From: Callorhinchus milii
Taxonomy: Eukaryota
Direction: 5' to 3'
Length of the DNA: 60,000 nucleotides
Assembly (NCBI RefSeq): GCF_018977255.1
Contig: NW_024704742.1
Coordinates: forward strand, 25,980,001 to 26,040,000
Part shown: piece after piece, positions 13,149 to 26,037 of the stretch
Layout of the letters: every line of letters starts with the position of its first letter
Numbering within the stretch: position 1 is the first letter of the stretch
Made by a program: the position numbers and the translations under genes
Notes under the pieces: generated by a model
The model's input: only the letters and a program-made list of their open reading frames with translations
Told to the model about the DNA's origin: nothing
Database searches by the model: none

Positions 13149-14819
13149 ACATGTCCATTTCAGCACTGTAGTACAAATGGAACACGTTGCTGAGAAGCAG
13201 GGGCACTGGGATTTAGAATAAACAATCTAAATCAATGACACAATGTTTGCTTTTTCATACAACCTGTGAATCATACAGCTACCTTTCCTTCCAGCCTGCA
13301 ATTTGTTACTTTGCTGACTTTAGTTCTCAGAGCTACTATTTGGCAATCTAATAATGCTATTGTATACTGGCCATCTGTATGTTCTTTTAGCATATTTTAT
13401 TGATGAACACGAATCTTGCAAAATCTTTCCATCGTTACAACCCTGTTAGCTTGGAATGAGCTCCAAGCTGAATTTGAATCTTATTCAATCTAAATTATGG
13501 CCCAATTTAAATCCTTTGAAGTACAAATGAGACAGTCTTAAGAACATTGTGGGGAAAATTCCATCGAGTTGTCACAGGAGTTAATGATCTAAGTTTTAGA
13601 GTGAGGTAGTGCATTTCCATTTGTAATAATGTAAGAAATTCCACAGGCCAGTTTTTAGTGTAAAAAAAGCAGTAGGACTGTCAAAATATTAATTTGAGTA
13701 CATTAACTGATGATTGATGGGCCATCTTAATTTTACCCTGGAAATTCCATCCCTTTGGTCTAAGTTAAGACCGGTGTTCCCTTATGGCTGCCAAATTTGG
13801 TGTAAGCATGAACAAAGCTCATTTAGAAGAAACAAACATGTTACACTTACAATGATTTATTTTAAGTGTAGAAATGTTTCCATCAAATCCATAAATTTGT
13901 GTCTCTCTGAGGCCAAGCTGCCAGGTTCACATGCTACTTTGAGCTATACCATCAAGCAGCAGCTTGCTTTCTGTTTGAGCCAGCTACCCTCCTTCAACAG
14001 TACCAGTGAAAATCGGTGAGCTTCTCAGACATATTGCACAAAAATGTATTGCAACTTCCAGTTTTGCAGGTTATTGGTGATGAGGAACAAGTAATTAAAG
14101 GGGAGGCAAAGATATGATTTCCATTTTGTGTCCATTTTTCCATCTGATTTATCCAATTTGTTGGAATCCACTGGCAGTGTGTCTAACACATCTTACCGCT
14201 ATTTAAGTTCCAAATGGCTCTTTGGTATTTGATTTTTCCTGGCAGTTTATTTGGTCTCCACATCTAGGGAATGCAATTTCCCTCGCAGTTCAAGGTACCA
14301 TCTGTCCAAGCATTTGTCATGCCTGGCATCCGTCTTTGACCACAACCTTTTTACATTTCCCTTTTAAAGATTTTTTTTTAATCCAGATAATTCATAGTTG
14401 AAATCTGAATATAAACCCAAGGTTCTGGATGCTCATCCCTAACAGTTATCTTTGAGGGACAAAATTGTCATGATAACCATTGGCTCAACTGCGAAAAGTT
14501 TTTAGGTCAATTTCCATTTTGCAATTGCAAATTTTAAACCTGTGACATTGATGCTTATTAAGGATAGTTCTGAAATGTTTGCAATCAATTGTTTGATTTT
14601 GAACTTTGTACATCCTGACATTAAACAAGTATGTACAGATGTTTTGACTCCTTGTAGTCCCCTCAAATAGCCAAATTGCTATCTAATTCCCTTATGAATG
14701 TTCTGGCTCAGTCAGCCTCCTTTACCTCATGGGTAATCTATTCCAGCAAAATACTGCTCTCTTGTTTAAGTAATTCAATCTGGACTGTTTCTTCATCTTC
14801 CCTCTTTTGAACTTGAGCC

Positions 14820-15055
14820 TGTGACAAAGGTTTAGAATTGTAAAGAGTGATTTCAGGACAGATACCAGGAAGTATTTGTTACTCAGTAGGTAATTAATGA
14901 TTGGAACAAATTAGCAGGAAAAGGGGTTTGAGGCTAGGACTCATTTAAAAAACTGCTTAATGCTGTAATGAGGGGACAGTAGGACTGGTGTTCTAGAAGG
15001 ATGAGATTGGATGGGCCAAAGGGCCTTCTTCAACCAAACCAATCTCCCGATCTTG
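14820..15055 (+). mobile_element. CR1 LINE 3' end
   Basis: Encodes FRTDTRKYLFTQ*VINDWNKL-like ORF2 end, followed by gatgggccaaagggccttcttca. A related end occurs at about 49920-50060. Confidence 0.75.
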
Positions 15056-16548
15056 TGAACTCATGGAGCCTAGGCTGACACTCCAGTGCTGTGCTGGGGA
15101 GGGGGGGTCTTCAGTTGAGATGTAAAGTCCTGTGAAGTGTTTTGAGGTGTCCTACTGATGTGAAAAGCACACTATCAAATGAAAGCATTATTATTATTAA
15201 TACTGAGTTACACTGACAATAGAGGCCAAAAATCAAAATCATTGTTATACCAACTGAATTGTGTATGACTTGGCTACTTCTGTATTATTCTGCAGCATAG
15301 TTATACCATGTAGATCCCTTTTCTCCAAATTGGTTGAGAGCCTCTTGATTTAAACTGTGTATAGACAGTTATGCTAGAAAATAGTACACTTTTATTTCTA
15401 CGTGCAAATCAATTTTGATAGTATTTTAGAGGCCCAGTAATATTTTGTATTTTATTTTCACCTTCTGTTGTTAAAAGCCTTTCGTCAGTTCCCTTAAATG
15501 TGAATGTTTCAGTTCTAAATGACTATGGTAAAGTTTACGGATACAACTGACTTATAGATATCTTTCTTGCCTTTTATTTATTCAGAAAGCAATTTTATAG
15601 TTTTGGAAAACAGAAAATAGGGTACGTGCACATTTTGCAGAGTAAAATCAGCATAGATTTTGCTCGTTCTCTTTCCTCACATCAATTTCAATTTCACTTA
15701 GATTATGATATATTATAGTAATAATCCTTACACATGATATAGTGCCTTGTAATGTCTTTGAACCATCTCAAAGTGCTTCACAGGAATTTAACATGAAGTA
15801 CAGTGCACTTATAGGTGAATGCAGTGTTGCTACTGTCATTTCATGGCTATACTGTGCAAAGACCAGTCAAAAAATTACATTTTATTTTATAATATAAGAA
15901 TTGGAATCAGAAACTGTGTCGTGGTTAACTTAATAATAAATGAAAACATGCATTATACAGCATTATGGAAATAAGTGTTACTGGAGGGGATTGTAATATT
16001 GTTGGAATCAAATCTAAAATTCTAAAAAAAAAAGCTGCACTCTTATTTCCAGATAAATGACCGCAATAAAATGATCTCTGTGCATCTGTGCTCGCAGAAT
16101 CAGGGACTCTATCCAATCTTAGGGCGCAAAATGCAGTATGGGTTGTGATCACATCTTGGGACATTTTGCTTGTGATGATGCTCCAGTTAAGGATAATGAT
16201 GTTGGACTGCAAGTAAAACAAATTTCTTGCATATGTGACTTAGCATATAGAATTTGGTTAGAGAAGTTGGCAGATAAAATAATGGACCAGAAGTGGAAAA
16301 TAATTATTTTTACTTATTTATTCACTGTGAAGTTAACTATGTTATGGTTATAGTTCTTAACATTCTGGTCTATATGGCTTAGAACTGTGTCAAGAGTACC
16401 TTTACCTACCCAGCTTGAGGAGCTTCCAAAGAAGAAATAATAATTAGTTACATTTGTCAATGTATTTACAATTATATTGAAGTGGCAACAGGTATGCCAT
16501 TGAAAGGCTAATTCCTATAACATCCTGGTTAAACCAAGAAGATCATTT

Positions 16549-16948
16549 GTCAGCTTGGCTCAGTTGGAGCATCCTCGCTTTAAGTCAGAAGCTTATTACC
16601 CCTGAACCCTTGTAGTCTCGACTGACACTCCAATGCAGTTCTGGGTGTATGCTGTATTTTGTCAGAGGTGCTGTTCTTTGGATGAGATGTTAAACAGCTC
16701 ATCTGCCTGTTCAGATGGATGGTAAAAATCTCCTAGCACTACTCGAAAAGAGAAGAGAGTTTCTCGTGGTGTCCTCGCCAGCAATCCCCCAAATAAAGTT
16801 GGTCATTCATTTCATGGCTGTTTGTGGGACAAATGGGCTGCTATGTTCACCTACAAATACACAGTCACTCCACTTCACTGTAAATCCTGTGAAGCACTGT
16901 GAGACAGCCTCCTGACTGTAGTATACCAAATGCAAAGATTACTATTAT
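16549..16948 (+). mobile_element. Near full-length SacSINE1-like Deu-SINE
   Basis: Head tgtcagcttggctcagttgg, ctgacactccaatgcag, gatgagatgttaaac, Deu core and tail caaatgcaaagattactatt. Confidence 0.8.
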
Positions 16949-17865
16949 GTAAACTAATTAAAACCAGCAGCTTGAATCATTTTCAAGGCAAGCACAGATA
17001 CCAAATATCAATGTTACCATTGCAAATGTATAGTGATGTAGTGTATGATCAAGCAATAAACAAACTTTGTTCCCTCTAAATTACAGTTTGATGTATCCGC
17101 AACAGATGTTACAAAAATCAAACAGCTGGCCACTTACACCACGTGTGGACAAAATACACCTTTGGGACAGCTTTTTAAACCATCAAAATGGTCATTCGGA
17201 AAAATGGTTTGTCAACCCAAAGATAGGAATTTCCTGGAAAGTTGTATCTGTTTTAAGTTCACTGAATGATTTTGACTATTTGGTATCTACGGTTGAAAAT
17301 TGAGAGCTGTCTTATTTTTACTGGAATAGACAAGGTAGAGGAGAGACCTATAAGTGAGCACAGTTTTTGCTGAATTGCTTTCATATAACATTGAGGTTCC
17401 TTCAAAGATATGATCAGAAAATGTAATGTTAACTTAGAACCATAGAAATTTACAGCACAGAATAAGGCCATTTAGTCCATTATGTATTTGCTGACTGTGA
17501 AAGGACAATTCATTCAGTCCCATTTACCTGCCTTTTCTGCACATCCCTGCCGTTTATCTGTCTAGTTTCAATCCATGACTGTTTGTGGGACATTGCTGTG
17601 CGTAATTGGCTGGTGCCATTCGCCCACAAAACATACAATCAATTCACTTTACAGTATATTCTGTGAAGCGCTTTGAGATGTCTCAAAGATGTGATAAGAC
17701 ACTATATCAAATGCAAGGATTATTATTGTAACATCTAAATCTTCATGTCAAAAATAAGTTGGATGGTCTCCTATCGAACATATTTATGGAGCTTGGATGG
17801 CATGGCCTCAGAGGAAAGCAGTCAGTCTTGTGTGGCTGGTGGTTGCTACCAAATGGAGTTGTATC

Positions 17866-18870
17866 CAACGATCTAGATGAGGACATCGAAGTTAACAACA
17901 ATCTAGATAAGGACATCGAAGTTAATATATCTAAATTCGCAGATGACACAAAACTAGGAGGAAGTGTCAACACAGAGGACGACATTAAAAAAATGCAGCG
18001 TAACATAGATAGGTTAGGTGATTGGGCAGGTAGGTGGCAGATGAAGTATAATGTAGGGAAGTATGAAGTCATCCACCTAGGTAGCAAAAACAGTAGAGCG
18101 GGTTATTTTTTAGAAGGGGAGAGATTGGAATGTGTCAGCGTCCAGAGGGACTTGGGTGCCCTTGTACACCAATCACAGAAAGTTAGTCTACAGGTGCAGC
18201 AGCAATTAGGAAGGCTAATGGGATGTTAGCATTCATTATGAAAGGATTAGAGTATAAGAGTAGGGAAGTCTTGCTGCAACTGTATAGGGCCCTGGTGAGA
18301 CCACACCTGGAATACTGTGTGCAGTTTTGGTCTCCTTATTTAAGGAAGGATGTACTTGCCTTGGAGGGGGTGCAGCGTAGATTTACTAGGTTAGTACCAG
18401 GGATGAAGGGTATGAGTTATGAGGAAAGGCTGACCAATTTGGGCCTATATTCTCTAGAATATAGAAGAATTAGAGGGGATCTTATGGAAACCTGTAAGAT
18501 CATCAAAGGGCATGATAGAGTAGATAGTGGGAGATTGTTTCCCCTGGTTGGAGAAAATAAAACCAGGGGGTCACAACGTTAAAATCAGAGGCCAGCCCTT
18601 TCAGACTGAGTTGAGGAAGAACTTCTTCACTCAAAGGGTGGTGAATGTATGGAACTCACTACCCCAAAGTGCTGTTGACGCTCAGTCCTTGAACATATTC
18701 AAGACTGAGATAGATAGATTTCTTATTGCAAAAGGGATTAAGGTATATGGGGATAAGGCAGGGTCAGGTTATTAGCTGGAGTTAGATTAGAAGATGAGCC
18801 ACGATTGAATGGCGGGGCAGGCTCGAAGGGCCGAATGGCCTACTTCTGCTCCTGTTTGTTATGTTATGTA
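17866..18870 (+). mobile_element. 5'-truncated, relatively young CR1 LINE (RT C-terminal part and 3' UTR)
   Basis: ORFs ISKFADDTKLGG, LYRALVRPHLEYCVQFWSPYLRKD and FFTQRVVNVWNSLP with only about two frameshifts. 3' end gaatggcggggcaggctcgaagggccgaatggcctac followed by (TTATG)n. Confidence 0.93.
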
Positions 18871-19734
18871 TCAAGATACACATACATTTTAAACAAGGGT
18901 GAGAACATTTGTGATCAGCCTCAATTAAAATCCACGAGTTGTTTATCTGCTAACTTTGGAGCCAAATGCAGACAACTCTGCCAGCTTAATACCGCTGGGG
19001 AAAGTAAACAGTATTATAGGATTTTTTCCTCTCTCTTAAGCAGATATTCATTGAAAGAAATCCAACATACCCCTGGTCTCCATGGAAAACGAGCATTACG
19101 TTACAACATATTTGTGAATTACATGAATAACTGAGAGGCTTCGGCAGACAGATATTACTTGTGGGCTTTTAAAGCGGTTCTTCATTGAGCTATTCTTTTT
19201 TAAATACATCTTTCCAAATATATAGATTAGAGATAGTTAGGTAATTATTTAAAATGAACAGAATAGTGCTTTACAAGTTATATAATTCCAATTCAGATAA
19301 CTTGAAGTTCCTTTGAGCATATAATGTACTGCCTGAAACTAACCTACTTGGCAACAGTGTTACTTCTTTTGGATCAAATCGTCTAAGGTATTATTAAATT
19401 CCACAGCGATCACTTTTGATGGTGATACAAAGAATGGTGAATACATTAAACTGTTTATGCAGTTTTATGTTGTTTTGATCACTTTTGTTCACCCATTGTG
19501 TGTCTGTCAACTGCTGATCTTCTACTTGGAGCATTGTTTTCATTTTCCTGTTTTGTATTGTAAAGTTAACCAATGTTTAAAATTTGATGTGTAACTAGTG
19601 AGGCAATCCATCCCAGGATTGGCAATAGGGAAGGAGAGGAATTTAGGAGCTGTAAGGTCCTAAGGTCTGTAGGAGCAAGCTTTTGGCATCAAGAATAAGT
19701 ATACGTGATGTTTTCAAATGAGCTTCTGTCTCCT

Positions 19735-19930
19735 GTTTGTCTCTATTTCTCTTTCTGCCTTGCTCTCCTTCACTTTCTGTCTCTGTCTGCTCTGTATCCC
19801 TGTGCCTTCTCCCTGTGAGTTTGTTGTCTCTGCGTTTCTCACTCTGCCTCTGTGTCTGTCACTCTGTCTGTCTTCCTCTTGTCAACTTTCCTTTGTGAGT
19901 CTTTCCTCCCTCTGTCTCTTGCACACTGTC
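19735..19930. repeat. CT/TCTG-rich low-complexity tract
   Basis: Degenerate tctg/ctct repeats with almost no A. Confidence 0.8.
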
Positions 19931-20490
19931 TTTCACACTCGCTTGGTCTTTCCTATAGCAACAAATTACTTGTATATAGTGAGGGAGGTGCTGCAGCTCC
20001 AGTCTAAGACAGTAGCCCCCTGGTTATCAGCATTGGTTCCAATCTGCCGAATTCAGAAGCTCTCCCACTCGCCAGGTTAGCCACTGGCAGAAGGTCTGTC
20101 CCTGCCGCAAACCAAAAGCTGTAGATCTTTATGAATTAGAATGCTTTAAAAGCTGAGAGCTGGACACTGCGCAGGTCTTCACTTATTGCAAGTGGATGTT
20201 GCTCAGTGGCTTTCAGAGTTCTGTCAATGGTCGCAAAGGAATGGCTGTATTTGCAACTTAACTGAACTGTGGGATGTCACATGATATTTTTGATTGACAG
20301 GAATTTTTTTCTAAGAAGTTTCCCTAGAGATTTCCGTGATGGAAACTTCTCAAATGGGCTCTATGTCCTTACAGGATTGGCTATAGGTGCATAATTTTAA
20401 ATGTTTAGACCCTACTTTTGTGGTTTACCTGATCAAAAAAGAGGAAAATCCGAAACGTGGGATGTGGCTTCCACCAAAATCCAAATACGT

Positions 20491-20509
20491 ACCTACCTAC
20501 CTACCTACC

Positions 20510-20544
<35 letters not shown>
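20491..20544. repeat. Compound microsatellite (ACCT)5(AAT)~11 at the tail of a minus-strand SINE fragment (to about 20645)
   Basis: acctacctacctacctacct aataataat... directly followed by ttccttgcatttgatatag. Confidence 0.9.
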
Positions 20545-22380
20545 TTCCTTGCATTTGATATAGAGCCTTATCACATCATTAAAACGTCTCCAAGCACTTC
20601 ACAGGTTATAGTGTAAAGTGATTGACTGTGTAATTTATGGGCCAACACTATATATTGGGAATTGATGTTGCCTTCCACTATTAAGTTTAAAATTGTTGGA
20701 TTGTTTCAGAGCAAGAGTATAACTGCATTCCCTCATTCCAAACAGCGTAATTCTTCATCGATTTTTAGAGACCCTCCTCCCCCCAAAAAACTCTTTCATC
20801 AGCTAAATCAGAAGAGGGTTGCATTTGCTAGTGCTATTTTAATGAACTAAGTATAAAGTGTATCAATTGTGTATGGAGATGCAATTCTGTAGTAAGAGGA
20901 ATACCATAATGTGCTATTCTTTCATTACCTTATCTATGAAATCAGACATTCCCTCCCACCTTAAAGCTAGTTTTCATGGCAATTGCGTGTAAGCCTGGTG
21001 TAACTTTAGCTGTGGTGGACATAAGTTGAGTAGATTGTAGAAAATAGACCTGTTAAGTCATGCAGAAGAATCTTACGTGACATAACAGCTGCAACAGAGT
21101 AGAAACAACAGCAGGTGGTAGAAGTGCTGTAGATTGGGAAAATAACTCACAAAAGAAATGTGCTTTTAGTGTTGTGAGGCCTTTTGTGCAAAACTAATTT
21201 TGTGTGAAATACTCACTCAGCCTGATCAAAAAAATGGATTAAGCGTCTAAAACTGGACTTCGCGGCTAGAGTTTGGTTACAATTTTGTTTTATTTTATGT
21301 CACAAAAGATAATTAACTGGGCTTTATGCTTTTTTTAAATTATATGAGAAAATATCCTGTGATTTTTTCCTCACAGAAGTGAAGTGTTTTGAGAAATCCT
21401 CCTAACATAACAGGCTCTACATCATACGTACGGATTATTGTTATTATTATTGATATTATTAATATTAATATTGATTGTTGGATGATCAGACTTTGGCTCC
21501 CTGAGGATGACAGTAGGGTCATTTGTGTTGGAACTGGCACTTGGGACTAAGAGGACAGATGAAAGGTAAAAACCTTTTCGAGACAAGACCAGTTCACCCA
21601 CAAAACATAGTCTCTCCACTTTACAGAATATCCTGTGAAGTGTTTTGAGATCGTCCTTCCAAGGTGAAAGGCACTATACCAAATGTAAGGATCATTATTA
21701 TTATTTATTAATGACATTGGGACCGTCTGTATCTTCCCATGCATAACCACAAAAAAACGCAAAAAAGTGGAGCTATCTACATGACCGAGTGATCAAGAAT
21801 ATTGTAAATTCGAAGAACGATTATTTTGAAAGATATTAGGCTTCTGACACAAACCGGTTGTCTTCTCACTTCTTCAGCTTTGCAAGTTATGCCCAGGAAG
21901 CATTGTCGACATCACTTCAGGGAGAAAGTGAAGTCAACAGTGACCTGACAATCCAGATGTTGGCCATTATTCTTGCACTTTGACATTGTAAGACATTGGA
22001 AACAGCTGACTGCACTCTAATGAAGTTTCCCTGCAATAGGAATCAAAAAATAGTTAAAAATGGAAATCATTTGTTGGTTCAGAATAAATGAAGCATTCAG
22101 TGAAGAAAGAGGACAAAGAGTGAAGAGGCATCAACACTTTATTTTGCATGAAATAGGTGGCATGCTACAGATTAGATAGTTCATTTAAGAGAGAAGCTTT
22201 GCAGTATTATCTCATAGGAAGTCAGTAATGAGTAAGAATAAATTAATTCCTCATATAGCACTAACTCCTGTCTGTATAAAATTACATATTTGTATATTAT
22301 AGAGGAACACAAATTATTAAATATCTGAATGAGAGATTTAAAGAAATGAGTGAGGAAATCAATGAGCATCTGGTTAGTAT

Positions 22381-22827
22381 TGTAACAGACTGTCTCGCAA
22401 TGTGGTGACCAACAAAAGCGTGAAATCACTTCAGAAAGGGTTTTGCAGTGGAAAGAATTGGAGCCGAGCTTGGGCCATGTAATAGCGCTGACTAAATCCT
22501 CAGGCGACTCTGTCTCTTGGGCTGCGGGAAGGAGGTCTCTGGCCCTATTAGGCCAGGAGAATGAAGGACGTCTGTTGCCCAGCCATATGGTAGGCACGGG
22601 ATTGTGGAGAAGGCTCTGCGGCTGTGAGTAGCTGAACATGGGAAGGAAAGCATGAGTGAGAGGGAGTTATAAGAGGCGGTGCAGATGATTGAACCGTATT
22701 ATGTGATTTATAATTCAGTGAACTATATTATGTAATAATAAACTACCTGATTCATGACCCAAGTCGACCCGAGTGCTTTCGGTATCTGTCTGGCTCGGAT
22801 AGCTATCTGCAGGACTGCGTGGTTCCA
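22381..22827 (+). mobile_element. Solo LTR (447 bp) with 4-bp target-site duplication
   Basis: GTAT|TGTAACA...GGTTCCA|GTAT with TG...CA ends. TATA-like ttataag near 22667 and AATAAA near 22737. CpG-richer than its flanks. Confidence 0.78.
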
Positions 22828-23229
22828 GTATTTTCAGCAGTTCCGAAAACACAGGACTGTTCCCGAGGAGTGTCTTGTATAATTAATTTGTTTAATAAAG
22901 AAGCAAGAAATGAGTCAGTATTGCTAACATTTTTTTTGGGGGGGTGGTCTGACATATGCCGGAACCCATCACAATGCTTAAGAGTATCCATGCATCCCAC
23001 CTGCACATTCGCTAACATTGATATGAGAAACCATCAGTGCTTATCCAGAGACGCATGAGATCACAGAGAATATTGTGGAAACAATGATTCATCTCTCATG
23101 AATTTAATCCATTCTTTGATGGTCAAATTAGTGCACAGTGGCTTTCAGGAAACCATAACACAGATTTCCAGAAAGTATTTGCCACAGCCTTGGTCCCGGC
23201 GATTTCGAAAAAGATTAAAAGTTATGTGG

Positions 23230-23460
23230 ATTTTGAATAAATAACTGGCTGGACAACAAAATGGCTTGGTATTAGAAAAAGAAAAGAATAATAAATGGAC
23301 AAGGTGTTGTCTAGGAGGCAGTAACTGATGGGAGTTCCTCAAGGCCCTGTTTTGAGTTTCTTGTAATTTGTGCTATTCATAAATGATTATAAAGCAGGCA
23401 CTCACAGTAATATTATCAATCAATTTTGTTGTTGACATCAGGTTATGGGATCACTTGACA
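23230..23460 (+). mobile_element. Highly decayed CR1 reverse transcriptase relic
   Basis: ataactggctggacaac, then ggagttcctcaaggccctgttttg (GVPQGPVL), then ttcataaatgat (FIND). Confidence 0.55.
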
Positions 23461-23507
23461 TGAGTACAAATACTGTACATAAGAAAAATAGAAGATTTTA
23501 TTTTGCA

Positions 23508-23650
23508 TTAAGAACATAAGAACATAAGAATTAGGAGCAGGAGTAGGCCATTCGGCCCCTCGAGCCTGCCCCGCCATTCGATATGATCATGGCTGATCTT
23601 TTGACTTAACTCTAATTACCTGCCCTATCCCCATATCCCCTAATGCCTCT
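23508..23650 (-). mobile_element. CR1 3' terminal fragment related to 17866-18870
   Basis: (TAAGAACA)2 tail and gtaggccattcggcccctcgagcctgccccgccattc. Confidence 0.85.
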
Positions 23651-23950
23651 GTTTTTTATTGAGCAAAGAAAAATTTGAAGTTGTATCAGAAATATTTGAA
23701 GTACAGTTTCAGAAGTAACTGACATAATGATGATCAACTTCTCTGGAAGTTTTGCAGCAACACAGAAGTATAATTAAGTTCTACCCATTTGTTTGGTGAA
23801 AGTCGCAGGTTAGATTACTATGTTTCGCATAAGTTAATTTAAATGAATGTAACGCAGTGAATGCTACATTGTTTATTGAAAGATAGGATTGAGAAGTTTG
23901 GTTTCCATTGAAAATAATATCAGTTTCTATTTCTACCTTTTGTGTTCTAG

Positions 23951-23988
23951 GGACATCAAACCTGATAATATTCTTCTTGATGAACATG
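23951..23988 (+). CDS. STK32B: STK32B kinase, internal exon (equivalent to human exon 5): (R)DIKPDNILLDEH(G), catalytic loop
   Basis: Acceptor ttttgtgttctAG, donor GTAAGT, 38 bp. Translates to the kinase subdomain VIb motif RDIKPDNILL typical of STK32/YANK kinases. Confidence 0.95.
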
Positions 23989-24100
23989 GTAAGTTACCAT
24001 TAAAAAAAATCCTCTAAAAAAGACCCTGAAATCAATATCAACAATTTATTTTTAAAAATCCTCTACCAATTCAGTCTGCTAATGCTTGTGTATTGTTAAA

Positions 24101-24422
24101 GATTATAATAATAATAATAATCCTTGCATTTGATATAGCGCTTTTCACGTCGGGAGGATGTCCCAAAGCGCTTCACAGAATCCACTGAAAAGTGAATTGA
24201 CTGTATATTTGTGGGCAAACGCGGCAGCCAATTGCGCACAGCAATGTCCCACAAACAGTCGTAGATTGAAAATGACCAATTTATTATTGTTTTTAGTTTT
24301 GGAGGGATTATTATTAGACGTGTGGAGTAAGGAAACTTGCCCAAGGTTTCGCCCTGCCTGGAATTGAACTCAGGTCTCTCACTTGCAAAGCGAGTGCTCT
24401 GACCACTGAGCCACAGGACTCC
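24101..24422 (-). mobile_element. Young full-length tRNA-headed (Ala/TGC-like) Deu-SINE, short variant
   Basis: Minus strand ggagtcctgtggctcagtggtcagagc...ttgcaa...gagttcaattcc (A and B boxes), Deu core, L2-type stem-loop, (ATT)n tail; CpGs retained. Confidence 0.9.
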
Positions 24423-24714
24423 AATGAAGCATTGTAAATTCCACAAATGCAATTTTTGTATGTTTCTACTGCATGAATGTCTCTTCAAATACAGATCTAA
24501 ATATATCTCCACCACGTTCTGTTTTTTATACATTGTAAATAAAAATTGTTAGTTGACTGCATTTTTTAAAAAGCATGCTTCACAGTTTTTGTGGTGCTTG
24601 TTCCTTTAACTGACTGTGTGTTAGTTGAACCTAAAATGCCAGATTTTGAGCACTTTGTGGAAAAAATATTTTTCCCCTTTGGTATATGAATCTGTTCCTG
24701 GTGCTTTGCCTCTT

Positions 24715-25010
24715 AATGCTATGATACAGGTCTACAGGAGTAGTTTGTTTATATATGAGCCTTTGGCAGTGAGTGTCAGCAGACCACTAAAGGGTGTCAT
24801 AGCTGAGCCTGACCTCTCCCCACCTGGCAGCCACACACATACACATATCTAGTAAAGGGGACTGAAGAGGGTCTACGACCAGTAAACCCAACTAATTTTA
24901 ACCTTGCTAACCTAACCCTGGGATTTTAATCTGTAGCCCTAGCAGAGACCAGCAAACCCAGCTACTAGGATTCAACCAGCTACTTGTTCATAAGCTGCAG
25001 CTCCATCCAC
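24715..25010 (-). mobile_element. Old SINE-like repeat of a different family (related copies near 11460-11580 and 52210-52375)
   Basis: Block tgagcct..acagtgagtgtcagcag recurs in three places. Family identity and strand are uncertain. Confidence 0.45.
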
Positions 25011-26037
25011 TAATGGTCCAGCATTGTAAACAGGAACCTGATGGCTATGATATTTCTTTAGCACTCGTGCTCAGCATAACTCTCTTCACAGGTTCAAATT
25101 GCGTACAGTTCTCAGTCATAGCAGCTGGAACAGTTTATAAATACATGAACATTATAGCTCAGCAGGTAGTTCACTCTTTACATGACATAGCACGTGTTTC
25201 CCAAGCAGTTTCCCTGCAGGCCCAGTAATCTCTACACAATCTACACTCAGCCTAATAGATTATTGATAGATAGTCTCACTACTGCATTCTGATTTACAAC
25301 AGACGCAGGCTCTCCTTGGCTTCACTGCATTCCACCAATACCGTATTCGCCGCTTCCAAGAGAAAGTCAGAATGAGATAGTGAGCAAGAAAACGTTGGTG
25401 TTTATATTTCTGCTTTTTTAAAAAATCAGTAAGTCTCTTATCAAACAGAGACCACACTGCCTCCACACAACAACAACTTGCATTTATAAAACCCTTCATG
25501 CCGGGCAACATCTCAGAGTGCTTAACACCACACTCACACCACAGAACACCACAATGAACCATGATTTGCTATTCCATATTTACTGTAAAGAACCCCCCCA
25601 CATGTAAGCTCTCTCCCAAGCAGAATAAAAGGTGGGCCCTTACTTTGCGATCCTAACTGAAGTGAAAATTGTGACTTTCGACGTGTTAATTAATATGATG
25701 TTAATAAACACGGTGTTGAAAACTGTGGCTAGTTAACACCTTAGCAAGAATGAGAAAACAACTACATTTATATGAACTCAATGGCATTATTTGAATGTTC
25801 CTTTTGTTGGTGTGACAGGATACCAGCTGAATTAAGAAGATATCTTATTTTTAGATGATCAAATTTACCACAATTGGGAGCTGAAGAGTGAGTTTGGGCC
25901 AAATCATTGAGCCAAAGTCAGGGAGTGCAAGTTCCAAAAATTTGACACACTTGTTAGGCCCCAAAGTCTCTACTTGAATGAAACCTCTTGTTCAACTAAG
26001 TATTAATTGAGATAGTCTGTGGATTAAAATTGTGTTC

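Noticed and set aside
13711..13720. PBX-HOX-type site TGATTGATGG
   Set aside because: A single 10-mer in 60 kb, probably within a repeat. Insufficient evidence of function.
19718..20080. 120-aa Leu/Ser/Cys-rich ORF
   Set aside because: It is a translation of a CT-rich low-complexity tract.
21720..22140. Exon- or pseudogene-like sequence
   Set aside because: All frames are short and interrupted, and I recognise no family.
1..23950. Upstream STK32B exon encoding [25 protein letters not shown]
   Set aside because: Not found by eye in any frame. It probably lies upstream of the window; tBLASTn would settle it.
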